From Auanema rhodensis (taxonomy: Eukaryota; Animalia; Nematoda), in contig OZ059900.1 in assembly GCA_964057225.1 (NCBI GenBank), positions 21,638,001-21,702,000 on the forward strand: DNA of 64,000 nucleotides, written 5' to 3'. Below, piece by piece: positions 27,517 to 42,901 of this stretch. The notes below the pieces were generated by a model. It saw only the letters and a program-made list of their open reading frames with translations, was not told the origin of the DNA and did no database searches. A program made the position numbers and the translations under genes. How positions within the stretch are numbered: position 1 is the stretch's first letter; every line of letters starts with the position of its first letter.

Positions 27517-30500
27517 TCATTGACATTGCATGAGTTTGAACACATGAAATCGTAAGTCAAAACCTTGTTTACAGCGAAATTTCCAAAAACTGGTTTTCCA
27601 GCATAATAAAATATTTCTCATGGGAAATACTATGTTTTTGTATTTTTCTAGTGTTCAGCATGTAAAATGCTTCATTTAAGTATGTAACACGCTGAAATTC
27701 GTTGCATTTGACGACTCATATGAACAAAAATCGATTTAATCAATATTAGCCATAAGGGGCGTGCCCTCAGAATATGCTAATTTCCTTAATTTTCTAACCC
27801 CTGTTTTTTTGTCGTGAAAGTGGAACTAGACGTTGTAGGAACAATTTTGAGCTAGGTTTCATTGACATTGCATGAGTTTGAACACATGAAATCGTAAGTC
27901 AAAACCTTGTTTACAGCGAAATTTCCAAAAACTGGTTTTCCAGCATAATAAAATATTTCTCATGGGTAATACTGTGTTTTTGTATTTTTCTAGCGTTCAG
28001 CATGTAAAATGCTTCATTTTAGTATGTAACACGCTGAAATTCGTTGCATTTGACGACTCATATGAACAAAAATCGATTTAATCAATATTAGCCATAAAGG
28101 GCGTGCCCTCAGAATATGCTAATTTCCTTAATTTTCTAACCCCTGTTTTTTGTCGTGAAAGTGGAACTAGACGTTGTACGAACAATTTTGAGCTAGGTTT
28201 CATTGACATTGCATGAGTTTGAACACATGAAATCGTAAGTCAAAACCTTGTTTACAGCGAAATTTCCAAAAACTGGTTTTCCAGCATAATAAAATATTTC
28301 TCATGGGAAATACTGTGTTTTTGTATTTTTCTAGTGTTCAGCATGTAAAATGCTTCATTTTAGTATGTAACACGCTGAAATTCGTTGCATTTGACGACTC
28401 ATATGAACAAAAATCGATTTAATCAATATTAGCCATAAGGGGCGTGCCCTCAGAATATGCTAATTTCCTTAATTTTCTAACCCCTGTTTTTTGTCGTGAA
28501 AGTGGAACTAGACGTTGTACGAACAATTTTGAGCTAGGTTTCATTGACATTGCATGAGTTTGAACACATGAAATCGTAAGTCAAAACCTTGTTTACAGCG
28601 AAATTTCCAAAAACTGGTTTTCCAGCATAATAAAATATTTCTCATGGGAAATACTGTGTTTTTATATTTTTCTAGTGTTCAGCATGTAAAATGCTTCATT
28701 TTAGTATGTAACACGCTGAAATTCGTTGCATTTGACGACTCATATGAACAAAAATCGATTTAATCAATATTAGCCATAAGGGGCGTGCCCTCAGAATATG
28801 CTAATTTCCTTAATTTTCTAACCCCTGTTTTTTTGTCGTGAAAGTGGAACTAGACGTTGTAGGAACAATTTTGAGCTAGGTTTCATTGACATTGCATGAG
28901 TTTGAACACATGAAATCGTAAGTCAAAACCTTGTTTACAGCGAAATTTCCAAAAACTGGTTTTCCAGCATAATAAAATATTTCTCATGGGAAATACTGTG
29001 TTTTTGTATTTTTCTAGCGTTCAGCATGTAAAATGCTTCATTTTAGTATGTAACACGCTGAAATTCGTTGCATTTGACGACTCATATGAACAAAAATCGA
29101 TTTAATCAATATTAGCCATAAGGGGCGTGCCCTCAGAATATGCTAATTTCCTTAATTTTCTAACCCCTGTTTTTTTGTCGTGAAAGTGGAACTAGACGTT
29201 GTACGAACAATTTTGAGCTAGGTTTCATTGACATTGCATGAGTTTGAACACATGAAATCGTAAGTCAAAACCTTGTTTACAGCGAAATTTCCAAAAACTG
29301 GTTTTCCAGCATAATAAAATATTTCTCATGGGAAATACTATGTTTTTGTATTTTTCTAGTGTTCAGCATGTAAAATGCTTCATTTAAGTATGTAACACGC
29401 TGAAATTCGTTGCATTTGACGACTCATATGAACAAAAATCGATTTAATCAATATTAGCCATAAGGGGCGTGCCCTCAGAATATGCTAATTTCCTTAATTT
29501 TCTAACCCCTGTTTTTTTGTCGTGAAAGTGGAACTAGACGTTGTAGGAACAATTTTGAGCTAGGTTTCATTGACATTGCATGAGTTTGAACACATGAAAT
29601 CGTAAGTCAAAACCTTGTTTACAGCGAAATTTCCAAAAACTGGTTTTCCAGCATAATAAAATATTTCTCATGGGTAATACTGTGTTTTTGTATTTTTCTA
29701 GCGTTCAGCATGTAAAATGCTTCATTTTAGTATGTAACACGCTGAAATTCGTTGCATTTGACGACTCATATGAACAAAAATCGATTTAATCAATATTAGC
29801 CATAAAGGGCGTGCCCTCAGAATATGCTAATTTCCTTAATTTTCTAACCCCTGTTTTTTGTCGTGAAAGTGGAACTAGACGTTGTACGAACAATTTTGAG
29901 CTAGGTTTCATTGACATTGCATGAGTTTGAACACATGAAATCGTAAGTCAAAACCTTGTTTACAGCGAAATTTCCAAAAACTGGTTTTCCAGCATAATAA
30001 AATATTTCTCATGGGAAATACTGTGTTTTTGTATTTTTCTAGTGTTCAGCATGTAAAATGCTTCATTTTAGTATGTAACACGCTGAAATTCGTTGCATTT
30101 GACGACTCATATGAACAAAAATCGATTTAATCAATATTAGCCATAAGGGGCGTGCCCTCAGAATATGCTAATTTCCTTAATTTTCTAACCCCTGTTTTTT
30201 GTCGTGAAAGTGGAACTAGACGTTGTACGAACAATTTTGAGCTAGGTTTCATTGACATTGCATGAGTTTGAACACATGAAATCGTAAGTCAAAACCTTGT
30301 TTACAGCGAAATTTCCAAAAACTGGTTTTCCAGCATAATAAAATATTTCTCATGGGAAATACTGTGTTTTTATATTTTTCTAGTGTTCAGCATGTAAAAT
30401 GCTTCATTTTAGTATGTAACACGCTGAAATTCGTTGCATTTGACGACTCATATGAACAAAAATCGATTTAATCAATATTAGCCATAAGGGGCGTGCCCTC

Positions 30501-30932
30501 AGAATATGCTAATTTCCTTAATTTTCTAACCCCTGTTTTTTTGTCGTGAAAGTGGAACTAGACGTTGTAGGAACAATTTTGAGCTAGGTTTCATTGACAT
30601 TGCATGAGTTTGAACACATGAAATCGTAAGTCAAAACCTTGTTTACAGCGAAATTTCCAAAAACTGGTTTTCCAGCATAATAAAATATTTCTCATGGGAA
30701 ATACTGTGTTTTTGTATTTTTCTAGCGTTCAGCATGTAAAATGCTTCATTTTAGTATGTAACACGCTGAAATTCGTTGCATTTGACGACTCATATGAACA
30801 AAAATCGATTTAATCAATATTAGCCATAAAGGGCGTGCCCTCAGAATATGCTAATTTCCTTAATTTTCTAACCCCTGTTTTTTTGTCGTGAAAGTGGAAC
30901 TAGACGTTGTACAAACAATTTTGAGCTAGGTT
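27517..30932. repeat. 5-monomer higher-order repeat (period 1708 bp, two copies; a related earlier copy at about 24619-26186)
   Basis: The order tactat+tttaag; ggtaat+tagcg+T6; aagggg+T6; tttata+agga; tagcg is repeated at 27517 and 29225. Two 341-bp monomers per unit give 1708 bp. Confidence 0.9.
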
Positions 30933-33900
30933 TCATTGACATTGCATGAGTTTGAACACATGAAATCGTAAGTCAAAACCTTGTTTACAGCGAAATTTCC
31001 AAAAACTGGTTTTCCAGCATAATAAAATATTTCTCATGGGAAATACTGTGTTTTTGTATTTTTCTAGTGTTCAGCATGTAAAATGTTTCATTTTAGTATG
31101 TAACACGCTGAAATTCGTTGCATTTGACGACTCATATGAACAAAAATCGATTTAATCAATATTAGCCATAAGGGGCGTGCCCTCAGAATATGCTAATTTC
31201 CTTAATTTTCTAACCCCTGTTTTTTTGTCGTGAAAGTGGAACTAGACGTTGTACGAACAATTTTGAGCTAGGTTTCATTGACATTGCATGAGTTTGAACA
31301 CATGAAATCGTAAGTCAAAACCTTGTTTACAGCGAAATTTCCAAAAACTGGTTTTCCAGCATAATAAAATATTTCTCATGGGTAATACTGTGTTTTTGTA
31401 TTTTTCTAGCGTTCAGCATGTAAAATGCTTCATTTTAGTATGTAACACGCTGAAATTCGTTGCATTTGACGACTCATATGAACAAAAATCGATTTAATCA
31501 ATATTAGCCATAAAGGGCGTGCCCTCAGAATATGCTAATTTCCTTAATTTTCTAACCCCTGTTTTTTGTCGTGAAAGTGGAACTAGACGTTGTACGAACA
31601 ATTTTGAGCTAGGTTTCATTGACATTGCATGAGTTTGAACACATGAAATCGTAAGTCAAAACCTTGTTTACAGCGAAATTTCCAAAAACTGGTTTTCCAG
31701 CATAATAAAATATTTCTCATGGGAAATACTGTGTTTTTGTATTTTTCTAGTGTTCAGCATGTAAAATGCTTCATTTTAGTATGTAACACGCTGAAATTCG
31801 TTGCATTTGACGACTCATATGAACAAAAATCGATTTAATCAATATTAGCCATAAGGGGCGTGCCCTCAGAATATGCTAATTTCCTTAATTTTCTAACCCC
31901 TGTTTTTTTGTCGTGAAAGTGGAACTAGACGTTGTACGAACAATTTTGAGCTAGGTTTCATTGACATTGCATGAGTTTGAACACATGAAATCGTAAGTCA
32001 AAACCTTGTTTACAGCGAAATTTCCAAAAACTGGTTTTCCAGCATAATAAAATATTTCTCATGGGAAATACTGTGTTTTTGTATTTTTCTAGTGTTCAGC
32101 ATGTAAAATGCTTCATTTTAGTATGTAACACGCTGAAATTCGTTGCATTTGACGACTCATATGAACAAAAATCGATTTAATCAATATTAGCCATAAGGGG
32201 CGTGCCCTCAGAATATGCTAATTTCCTTAATTTTCTAACCCCTGTTTTTTTGTCGTGAAAGTGGAACTAGACGTTGTAGGAACAATTTTGAGCTAGGTTT
32301 CATTGACATTGCATGAGTTTGAACACATGAAATCGTAAGTCAAAACCTTGTTTACAGCGAAATTTCCAAAAACTGGTTTTCCAGCATAATAAAATATTTC
32401 TCATGGGAAATACTGTGTTTTTGTATTTTTCTAGCGTTCAGCATGTAAAATGCTTCATTTTAGTATGTAACACGCTGAAATTCGTTGCATTTGACGACTC
32501 ATATGAACAAAAATCGATTTAATCAATATTAGCCATAAAGGGCGTGCCCTCAGAATATGCTAATTTCCTTAATTTTCTAACCCCTGTTTTTTTGTCGTGA
32601 AAGTGGAACTAGACGTTGTACGAACAATTTTGAGCTAGGTTTCATTGACATTGCATGAGTTTGAACACATGAAATCGTAAGTCAAAACCTTGTTTACAGC
32701 GAAATTTCCAAAAACTGGTTTTCCAGCATAATAAAATATTTCTCATGGGAAATACTGTGTTTTTGTATTTTTCTAGCGTTCAGCATGTAAAATGCTTCAT
32801 TTTAGTATGTAACACGCTGAAATTCGTTGCATTTGACGACTCATATGAACAAAAATCGATTTAATCAATATTAGCCATAAAGGGCGTGCCCTCAGAATAT
32901 GCTAATTTCCTTAATTTTCTAACCCCTGTTTTTTTGTCGTGAAAGTGGAACTAGACGTTGTACGAACAATTTTGAGCTAGGTTTCATTGACATTGCATGA
33001 GTTTGAACACATGAAATCGTAAGTCAAAACCTTGTTTACAGCGAAATTTCCAAAAACTGGTTTTCCAGCATAATAAAATATTTCTCATGGGAAATACTGT
33101 GTTTTTGTATTTTTCTAGCGTTCAGCATGTAAAATGCTTCATTTTAGTATGTAACACGCTGAAATTCGTTGCATTTGACGACTCATATGAACAAAAATCG
33201 ATTTAATCAATATTAGCCATAAAGGGCGTGCTCTCAGAATATGCTAATTTCCTTAATTTTCTAACCCCTGTTTTTTTGTCGTGAAAGTGGAACTAGACGT
33301 TGTAGGAACAATTTTGAGCTAGGTTTCATTGACATTGCATGAGTTTGAACACATGAAATCGTAAGTCAAAACCTTGTTTACAGCGAAATTTCCAAAAACT
33401 GGTTTTCCAGCATAATAAAATATTTCTCATGGGAAATACTGTGTTTTTGTATTTTTCTAGCGTTCAGCATGTAAAATGCTTCATTTTAGTATGTGACACG
33501 CTGAAATTCGTTGCATTTGACGACTCATATGAACAAAAATCGATTTAATCAATATTAGCCATAAGGGGCGTGCCCTCAGAATATGCTAATTTCCTTAATT
33601 TTCTAACCCCTGTTTTTTTGTCGTGAAAGTGGAACTAGACGTTGTACGAACAATTTTGAGCTAGGTTTCATTGACATTGCATGAGTTTGAACACATGAAA
33701 TCGTAAGTCAAAACCTTGTTTACAGCGAAATTTCCAAAAACTGGTTTTCCAGCATAATAAAATATTTCTCATGGGAAATACTGTGTTTTTGTATTTTTCT
33801 AGTGTTCAGCATGTAAAATGCTTCATTTTAGTATGTAACACGCTGAAATTCGTTGCATTTGACGACTCATATGAACAAAAATCGATTTAATCAATATTAG

Positions 33901-36900
33901 CCATAAGGGGCGTGCCCTCAGAATATGCTAATTTCCTTAATTTTCTAACCCCTGTTTTTTTGTCGTGAAAGTGGAACTAGACGTTGTAGGAACAATTTTG
34001 AGCTAGGTTTCATTGACATTGCATGAGTTTGAACACATGAAATCGTAAGTCAAAACCTTGTTTACAGCGAAATTTCCAAAAACTGGTTTTCCAGCATAAT
34101 AAAATATTTCTCATGGGAAATACTGTGTTTTTGTATTTTTCTAGCGTTCAGCATGTAAAATGCTTCATTTTAGTATGTAACACGCTGAAATTCGTTGCAT
34201 TTGACGACTCATATGAACAAAAATCGATTTAATCAATATTAGCCATAAAGGGCGTGCCCTCAGAATATGCTAATTTCCTTAATTTTCTAACCCCTGTTTT
34301 TTTGTCGTGAAAGTGGAACTAGACGTTGTACGAACAATTTTGAGCTAGGTTTCATTGACATTGCATGAGTTTGAACACATGAAATCGTAAGTCAAAACCT
34401 TGTTTACAGCGAAATTTCCAAAAACTGGTTTTCCAGCATAATAAAATATTTCTCATGGGAAATACTGTGTTTTTGTATTTTTCTAGCGTTCAGCATGTAA
34501 AATGCTTCATTTTAGTATGTGACACGCTGAAATTCGTTGCATTTGACGACTCATATGAACAAAAATCGATTTAATCAATATTAGCCATAAGGGGCGTGCC
34601 CTCAGAATATGCTAATTTCCTTAATTTTCTAACCCCTGTTTTTTTGTCGTGAAAGTGGAACTAGACGTTGTACGAACAATTTTGAGCTAGGTTTCATTGA
34701 CATTGCATGAGTTTGAACACATGAAATCGTAAGTCAAAACCTTGTTTACAGCGAAATTTCCAAAAACTGGTTTTCCAGCATAATAAAATATTTCTCATGG
34801 GAAATACTGTGTTTTTGTATTTTTCTAGTGTTCAGCATGTAAAATGCTTCATTTTAGTATGTAACACGCTGAAATTCGTTGCATTTGACGACTCATATGA
34901 ACAAAAATCGATTTAATCAATATTAGCCATAAGGGGCGTGCCCTCAGAATATGCTAATTTCCTTAATTTTCTAACCCCTGTTTTTTTGTCGTGAAAGTGG
35001 AACTAGACGTTGTAGGAACAATTTTGAGCTAGGTTTCATTGACATTGCATGAGTTTGAACACATGAAATCGTAAGTCAAAACCTTGTTTACAGCGAAATT
35101 TCCAAAAACTGGTTTTCCAGCATAATAAAATATTTCTCATGGGAAATACTGTGTTTTTGTATTTTTCTAGCGTTCAGCATGTAAAATGCTTCATTTTAGT
35201 ATGTAACACGCTGAAATTCGTTGCATTTGACGACTCATATGAACAAAAATCGATTTAATCAATATTAGCCATAAAGGGCGTGCCCTCAGAATATGCTAAT
35301 TTCCTTAATTTTCTAACCCCTGTTTTTTTGTCGTGAAAGTGGAACTAGACGTTGTACGAACAATTTTGAGCTAGGTTTCATTGACATTGCATGAGTTTGA
35401 ACACATGAAATCGTAAGTCAAAACCTTGTTTACAGCGAAATTTCCAAAAACTGGTTTTCCAGCATAATAAAATATTTCTCATGGGAAATACTGTGTTTTT
35501 GTATTTTTCTAGTGTTCAGCATGTAAAATGCTTTATTTTAGTATGTAACACGCTGAAATTCGTTGCATTTGACGACTCATATGAACAAAAATCGATTTAA
35601 TCAATATTAGCCATAAGGGGCGTGCCCTCAGAATATGCTAATTTCCTTAATTTTCTAACCCCTGTTTTTTTGTCGTGAAAGTGGAACTAGACGTTGTACG
35701 AACAATTTTGAGCTAGGTTTCATTGACATTGCATGAGTTTGAACACATGAAATCGTAAGTCAAAACCTTGTTTACAGCGAAATTTCCAAAAACTGGTTTT
35801 CCAGCATAATAAAATATTTCTCATGGGAAATACTGTGTTTTTGTATTTTTCTAGTGTTCAGCATGTAAAATGCTTTATTTTAGTATGTAACACGCTGAAA
35901 TTCGTTCCATTTGACGACTCATATGAACAAAAATCGATTTAATCAATATTAGCCATAAGGGGCGTGCCCTCAGAATATGCTAATTTCCTTAATTTTCTAA
36001 CCCCTGTTTTTTTGTCGTGAAAGTGGAACTAGACGTTGTAGGAACAATTTTGAGCTAGGTTTCTTTGACATTGCATGAGTTTGAACACATGAAATCGTAA
36101 GTCAAAACCTTGTTTACAGCGAAATTTCCAAAAACTGGTTTTCCAGCATAATAAAATATTTCTCATGGGAAATACTGTGTTTTTGTATTTTTCTAGCGTT
36201 CAGCATGTAAAATGCTTCATTTTAGTATGTAACACGCTGAAATTCGTTGCATTTGACGACTCATATGAACAAAAATCGATTTAATCAATATTAGCCATAA
36301 GGGGCGTGCCCTCAGAATATGCTAATTTCCTTAATTTTCTAACCCCTGTTTTTTTGTCGTGAAAGTGGAACTAGACGTTGTAGGAACAATTTTGAGCTAG
36401 GTTTCATTGACATTGCATGAGTTTGAACACATGAAATCGTAAGTCAAAACCTTGTTTACAGCGAAATTTCCAAAAACTGGTTTTCCAGCATAATAAAATA
36501 TTTCTCATGGGAAATACTGTGTTTTTGTATTTTTCTAGCGTTCAGCATGTAAAATGCTTCATTTTAGTATGTAACACGCTGAAATTCGTTGCATTTGACG
36601 ACTCATATGAACAAAAATCGATTTAATCAATATTAGCCATAAAGGGCGTGCCCTCAGAATATGCTAATTTCCTTAATTTTCTAACCCCTGTTTTTTTGTC
36701 GTGAAAGTGGAACTAGACGTTGTACGAACAATTTTGAGCTAGGTTTCATTGACATTGCATGAGTTTGAACACATGAAATCGTAAGTCAAAACCTTGTTTA
36801 CAGCGAAATTTCCAAAAACTGGTTTTCCAGCATAATAAAATATTTCTCATGGGAAATACTGTGTTTTTGTATTTTTCTAGTGTTCAGCATGTAAAATGCT

Positions 36901-39900
36901 TTATTTTAGTATGTAACACGCTGAAATTCGTTGCATTTGACGACTCATATGAACAAAAATCGATTTAATCAATATTAGCCATAAGGGGCGTGCCCTCAGA
37001 ATATGCTAATTTCCTTAATTTTCTAACCCCTGTTTTTTTGTCGTGAAAGTGGAACTAGACGTTGTACGAACAATTTTGAGCTAGGTTTCATTGACATTGC
37101 ATGAGTTTGAACACATGAAATCGTAAGTCAAAACCTTGTTTACAGCGAAATTTCCAAAAACTGGTTTTCCAGCATAATAAAATATTTCTCATGGGAAATA
37201 CTGTGTTTTTGTATTTTTCTAGTGTTCAGCATGTAAAATGCTTTATTTTAGTATGTAACACGCTGAAATTCGTTGCATTTGACGACTCATATGAACAAAA
37301 ATCGATTTAATCAATATTAGCCATAAGGGGCGTGCCCTCAGAATATGCTAATTTCCTTAATTTTCTAACCCCTGTTTTTTTGTCGTGAAAGTGGAACTAG
37401 ACGTTGTAGGAACAATTTTGAGCTAGGTTTCTTTGACATTGCATGAGTTTGAACACATGAAATCGTAAGTCAAAACCTTGTTTACAGCGAAATTTCCAAA
37501 AACTGGTTTTCCAGCATAATAAAATATTTCTCATGGGAAATACTGTGTTTTTGTATTTTTCTAGCGTTCAGCATGTAAAATGCTTCATTTTAGTATGTAA
37601 CACGCTGAAATTCGTTGCATTTGACGACTCATATGAACAAAAATCGATTTAATCAATATTAGCCATAAAGGGCGTGCTCTCAGAATATGCTAATTTCCTT
37701 AATTTTCTAACCCCTGTTTTTTTGTCGTGAAAGTGGAACTAGACGTTGTAGGAACAATTTTGAGCTAGGTTTCATTGACATTGCATGAGTTTGAACACAT
37801 GAAATCGTAAGTCAAAACCTTGTTTACAGCGAAATTTCCAAAAACTGGTTTTCCAGCATAATAAAATATTTCTCATGGGAAATACTGTGTTTTTGTATTT
37901 TTCTAGCGTTCAGCATGTAAAATGCTTCTATTTAGTATGTAACACGCTGAAATTCGTTGCATTTGACGACTCATATGAACAAAAATCGATTTAATCAATA
38001 TTAGCCATAAGGGGCGTGCCCTCAGAATATGCTAATTTCCTTAATTTTCTAACCCCTGTTTTTTTGTCGTGAAAGTGGAACTAGACGTTGTAGGAACAAT
38101 TTTGAGCTAGGTTTCTTTGACATTGCATGAGTTTGAACACATGAAATCGTAAGTCAAAACCTTGTTTACAGCGAAATTTCCAAAAACTGGTTTTCCAGCA
38201 TAATAAAATATTTCTCATGGGAAATACTGTGTTTTTGTATTTTTCTAGCGTTCAGCATGTAAAATGCTTCATTTTAGTATGTAATACGCTGAAATTCGTT
38301 GCATTTGACGACTCATATGAACAAAAATCGATTTAATCAATATTAGCCATAAAGGGCGTGCTCTCAGAATATGCTAATTTCCTTAATTTTCTAACCCCTG
38401 TTTTTTTGTCGTGAAAGTGGAACTAGACGTTGTAGGAACAATTTTGAGCTAGGTTTCATTGACATTGCATGAGTTTGAACACATGAAATCGTAAGTCAAA
38501 ACCTTGTTTACAGCGAAATTTCCAAAAACTGGTTTTCCAGCATAATAAAATATTTCTCATGGGAAATACTGTGTTTTTGTATTTTTCTAGCGTTCAGCAT
38601 GTAAAATGCTTCATTTTAGTATGTAACACGCTGAAATTCGTTGCATTTGACGACTCATATGAACAAAAATCGATTTAATCAATATTAGCCATAAGGGGCG
38701 TGCCCTCAGAATATGCTAATTTCCTTAATTTTCTAACCCCTGTTTTTTTGTCGTGAAAGTGGAACTAGACGTTGTAGGAACAATTTTGAGCTAGGTTTCA
38801 TTGACATTGCATGAGTTTGAACACATGAAATCGTAAGTCAAAACCTTGTTTACAGCGAAATTTTCAAAAACTGGTTTTCCAGCATAATAAAATATTTCTC
38901 ATGGGAAATACTGTGTTTTTGTATTTTTCTAGTGTTCAGCATGTAAAATGCTTCATTTTAGTATGTAACACGCTGAAATTCGTTGCATTTGACGACTCAT
39001 ATGAACAAAAATCGATTTAATCAATATTAGCCATAAAGGGCGTGCCCTCAGAATATGCTAATTTCCTTAATTTTCTAACCCCTGTTTTTTTGTCGTGAAA
39101 GTGGAACTAGACGTTGTACGAACAATTTTGAGCTAGGTTTCATTGACATTGCATGAGTTTGAACACATGAAATCGTAAGTCAAAACCTTGTTTACAGCGA
39201 AATTTCCAAAAACTGGTTTTCCAGCATAATAAAATATTTCTCATGGGAAATACTGTGTTTTTGTATTTTTCTAGTGTTCAGCATGTAAAATGCTTTATTT
39301 TAGTATGTAACACGCTGAAATTCGTTGCATTTGACGACTCATATGAACAAAAATCGATTTAATCAATATTAGCCATAAGGGGCGTGCCCTCAGAATATGC
39401 TAATTTCCTTAATTTTCTAACCCCTGTTTTTTTGTCGTGAAAGTGGAACTAGACGTTGTACGAACAATTTTGAGCTAGGTTTCATTGACATTGCATGAGT
39501 TTGAACACATGAAATCGTAAGTCAAAACCTTGTTTACAGCGAAATTTCCAAAAACTGGTTTTCCAGCAAAATAAAATATTTCTCATGGGAAATACTATGT
39601 TTTTGTATTTTTCTAGTGTTTAGCATGTAAAATGCTTCATTTTAGTATGTAACACGCTGAAATTCGTTGCATTTGACGACTCATATGAACAAAAATCGAT
39701 TTAATCAATATTAGCCATAAGGGGCGTGCCCTCAGAATATGCTAATTTCCTTAATTTTCTAACCCCTGTTTTTTTGTCGTGAAAGTGGAACTAGACGTTG
39801 TAGGAACAATTTTGAGCTAGGTTTCATTGACATTGCATGAGTTTGAACACATGAAATCGTAAGTCAAAACCTTGTTTACAGCGAAATTTCCAAAAACTGG

Positions 39901-42900
39901 TTTTCCAGCATAATAAAATATTTCTCATGGGTAATACTGTGTTTTTGTATTTTTCTAGCGTTCAGCATGTAAAATGCTTCATTTTAGTATGTAACACGCT
40001 GAAATTCGTTGCATTTGACGACTCATATGAACAAAAATCGATTTAATCAATATTAGCCATAAAGGGCGTGCTCTCAGAATATGCTAATTTCCTTAATTTT
40101 CTAACCCCTGTTTTTTTGTCGTGAAAGTGGAACTAGACGTTGTAGGAACAATTTTGAGCTAGGTTTCATTGACATTGCATGAGTTTGAACACATGAAATC
40201 GTAAGTCAAAACCTTGTTTACAGCGAAATTTTCAAAAACTGGTTTTCCAGCATAATAAAATATTTCTCATGGGAAATACTGTGTTTTTGTATTTTTCTAG
40301 TGTTCAGCATGTAAAATGCTTCATTTTAGTATGTAACACGCTGAAATTCGTTGCATTTGACGACTCATATGAACAAAAATCGATTTAATCAATATTAGCC
40401 ATAAGGGGCGTGCCCTCAGAATATGCTAATTTCCTTAATTTTCTAACCCCTGTTTTTTTGTCGTGAAAGTGGAACTAGACGTTGTACGAACAATTTTGAG
40501 CTAGGTTTCATTGACATTGCATGAGTTTGAACACATGAAATCGTAAGTCAAAACCTTGTTTACAGCGAAATTTCCAAAAACTGGTTTTCCAGCATAATAA
40601 AATTATTCTCATGGGAAATACTGTGTTTTTGTATTTTTCTAGTGTTCAGCATGTAAAATGCTTCATTTTAGTATGTAACACGCTGAAATTCGTTGCATTT
40701 GACGACTCATATGAACAAAAATCGATTTAATCAATATTAGCCATAAGGGGCGTGCCCTCAGAATATGCTAATTTCCTTAATTTTCTAACCCCTGTTTTTT
40801 TGTCGTGAAAGTGGAACTAGACGTTGTACGAACAATTTTGAGCTAGGTTTCATTGACATTGCATGAGTTTGAACACATGAAATCGTAAGTCAAAACCTTG
40901 TTTACAGCGAAATTTCCAAAAACTGGTTTTCCAGCATAATAAAATATTTCTCATGGGAAATACTGTGTTTTTGTATTTTTCTAGTGTTCAGCATGTAAAA
41001 TGCTTCATTTTAGTATGTAACACGCTGAAATTCGTTGCATTTGACGACTCATATGAACAAAAATCGATTTAATCAATATTAGCCATAAGGGGCGTGCCCT
41101 CAGAATATGCTAATTTCCTTAATTTTCTAACCCCTGTTTTTTTGTCGTGAAAGTGGAACTAGACGTTGTACGAACAATTTTGAGCTAGGTTTCATTGACA
41201 TTGCATGAGTTTGAACACATGAAATCGTAAGTCAAAACCTTGTTTACAGCGAAATTTCCAAAAACTGGTTTTCCAGCATAATAAAATATTTCTCATGGGT
41301 ATTACTGTGTTTTTGTATTTTTCTAGCGTTCAGCATGTAAAATGCTTCATTTTAGTATGTAACACGCTGAAATTCGTTGCATTTGACGACTCATATGAAC
41401 AAAAATCGATTTAATCAATATTAGCCATAAAGGGCGTGCTCTCAGAATATGCTAATTTCCTTAATTTTCTAACCCCTGTTTTTTTGTCGTGAAAGTGGAA
41501 CTAGACGTTGTAGGAACAATTTTGAGCTAGGTTTCATTGACATTGCATGAGTTTGAACACATGAAATCGTAAGTCAAAACCTTGTTTACAGCGAAATTTT
41601 CAAAAACTGGTTTTCCAGCATAATAAAATATTTCTCATGGGAAATACTGTGTTTTTGTATTTTTCTAGTGTTCAGCATGTAAAATGCTTCATTTTAGTAT
41701 GTAACACGCTGAAATTCGTTGCATTTGACGACTCATATGAACAAAAATCGATTTAATCAATATTAGCCATAAGGGGCGTGCCCTCAGAATATGCTAATTT
41801 CCTTAATTTTCTAACCCCTGTTTTTTTGTCGTGAAAGTGGAACTAGACGTTGTACGAACAATTTTGAGCTAGGTTTCATTGACATTGCATGAGTTTGAAC
41901 ACATGAAATCGTAAGTCAAAACCTTGTTTACAGCGAAATTTCCAAAAACTGGTTTTCCAGCATAATAAAATTATTCTCATGGGAAATACTGTGTTTTTGT
42001 ATTTTTCTAGTGTTCAGCATGTAAAATGCTTCATTTTAGTATGTAACACGCTGAAATTCGTTGCATTTGACGACTCATATGAACAAAAATCGATTTAATC
42101 AATATTAGCCATAAGGGGCGTGCCCTCAGAATATGCTAATTTCCTTAATTTTCTAACCCCTGTTTTTTTGTCGTGAAAGTGGAACTAGACGTTGTACGAA
42201 CAATTTTGAGCTAGGTTTCATTGACATTGCATGAGTTTGAACACATGAAATCGTAAGTCAAAACCTTGTTTACAGCGAAATTTCCAAAAACTGGTTTTCC
42301 AGCATAATAAAATATTTCTCATGGGAAATACTATGTTTTTGTATTTTTCTAGTGTTCAGCATGTAAAATGCTTCATTTTAGTATGTAACACGCTGAAATT
42401 CGTTGCATTTGACGACTCATATGAACAAAAATCGATTTAATCAATATTAGCCATAAGGGGCGTGCCCTCAGAATATGCTAATTTCCTTAATTTTCTAACC
42501 CCTGTTTATTTGTCGTGAAAGTGGAACTAGACGTTGTACGAACAATTTTGAGCTAGGTTTCATTGACATTGCATGAGTTTGAACACATGAAATCGTAAGT
42601 CAAAACCTTGTTTACAGCGAAATTTCCAAAAACTGGTTTTCCAGCATAATAAAATATTTCTCATGGGTATTACTGTGTTTTTGTATTTTTCTAGTGTTCA
42701 GCATGTAAAATGCTTCATTTTAGTATGTAACACGCTGAAATTCGTTGCATTTGACGACTCATATGAACAAAAATCGATTTAATCAATATTAGCCATAAGG
42801 GGCGTGCCCTCAGAATATGCTAATTTCCTTAATTTTCTAACCCCTGTTTTTTTGTCGTGAAAGTGGAACTAGACGTTGTACGAACAATTTTGAGCTAGGT

Positions 42901-42901
42901 T

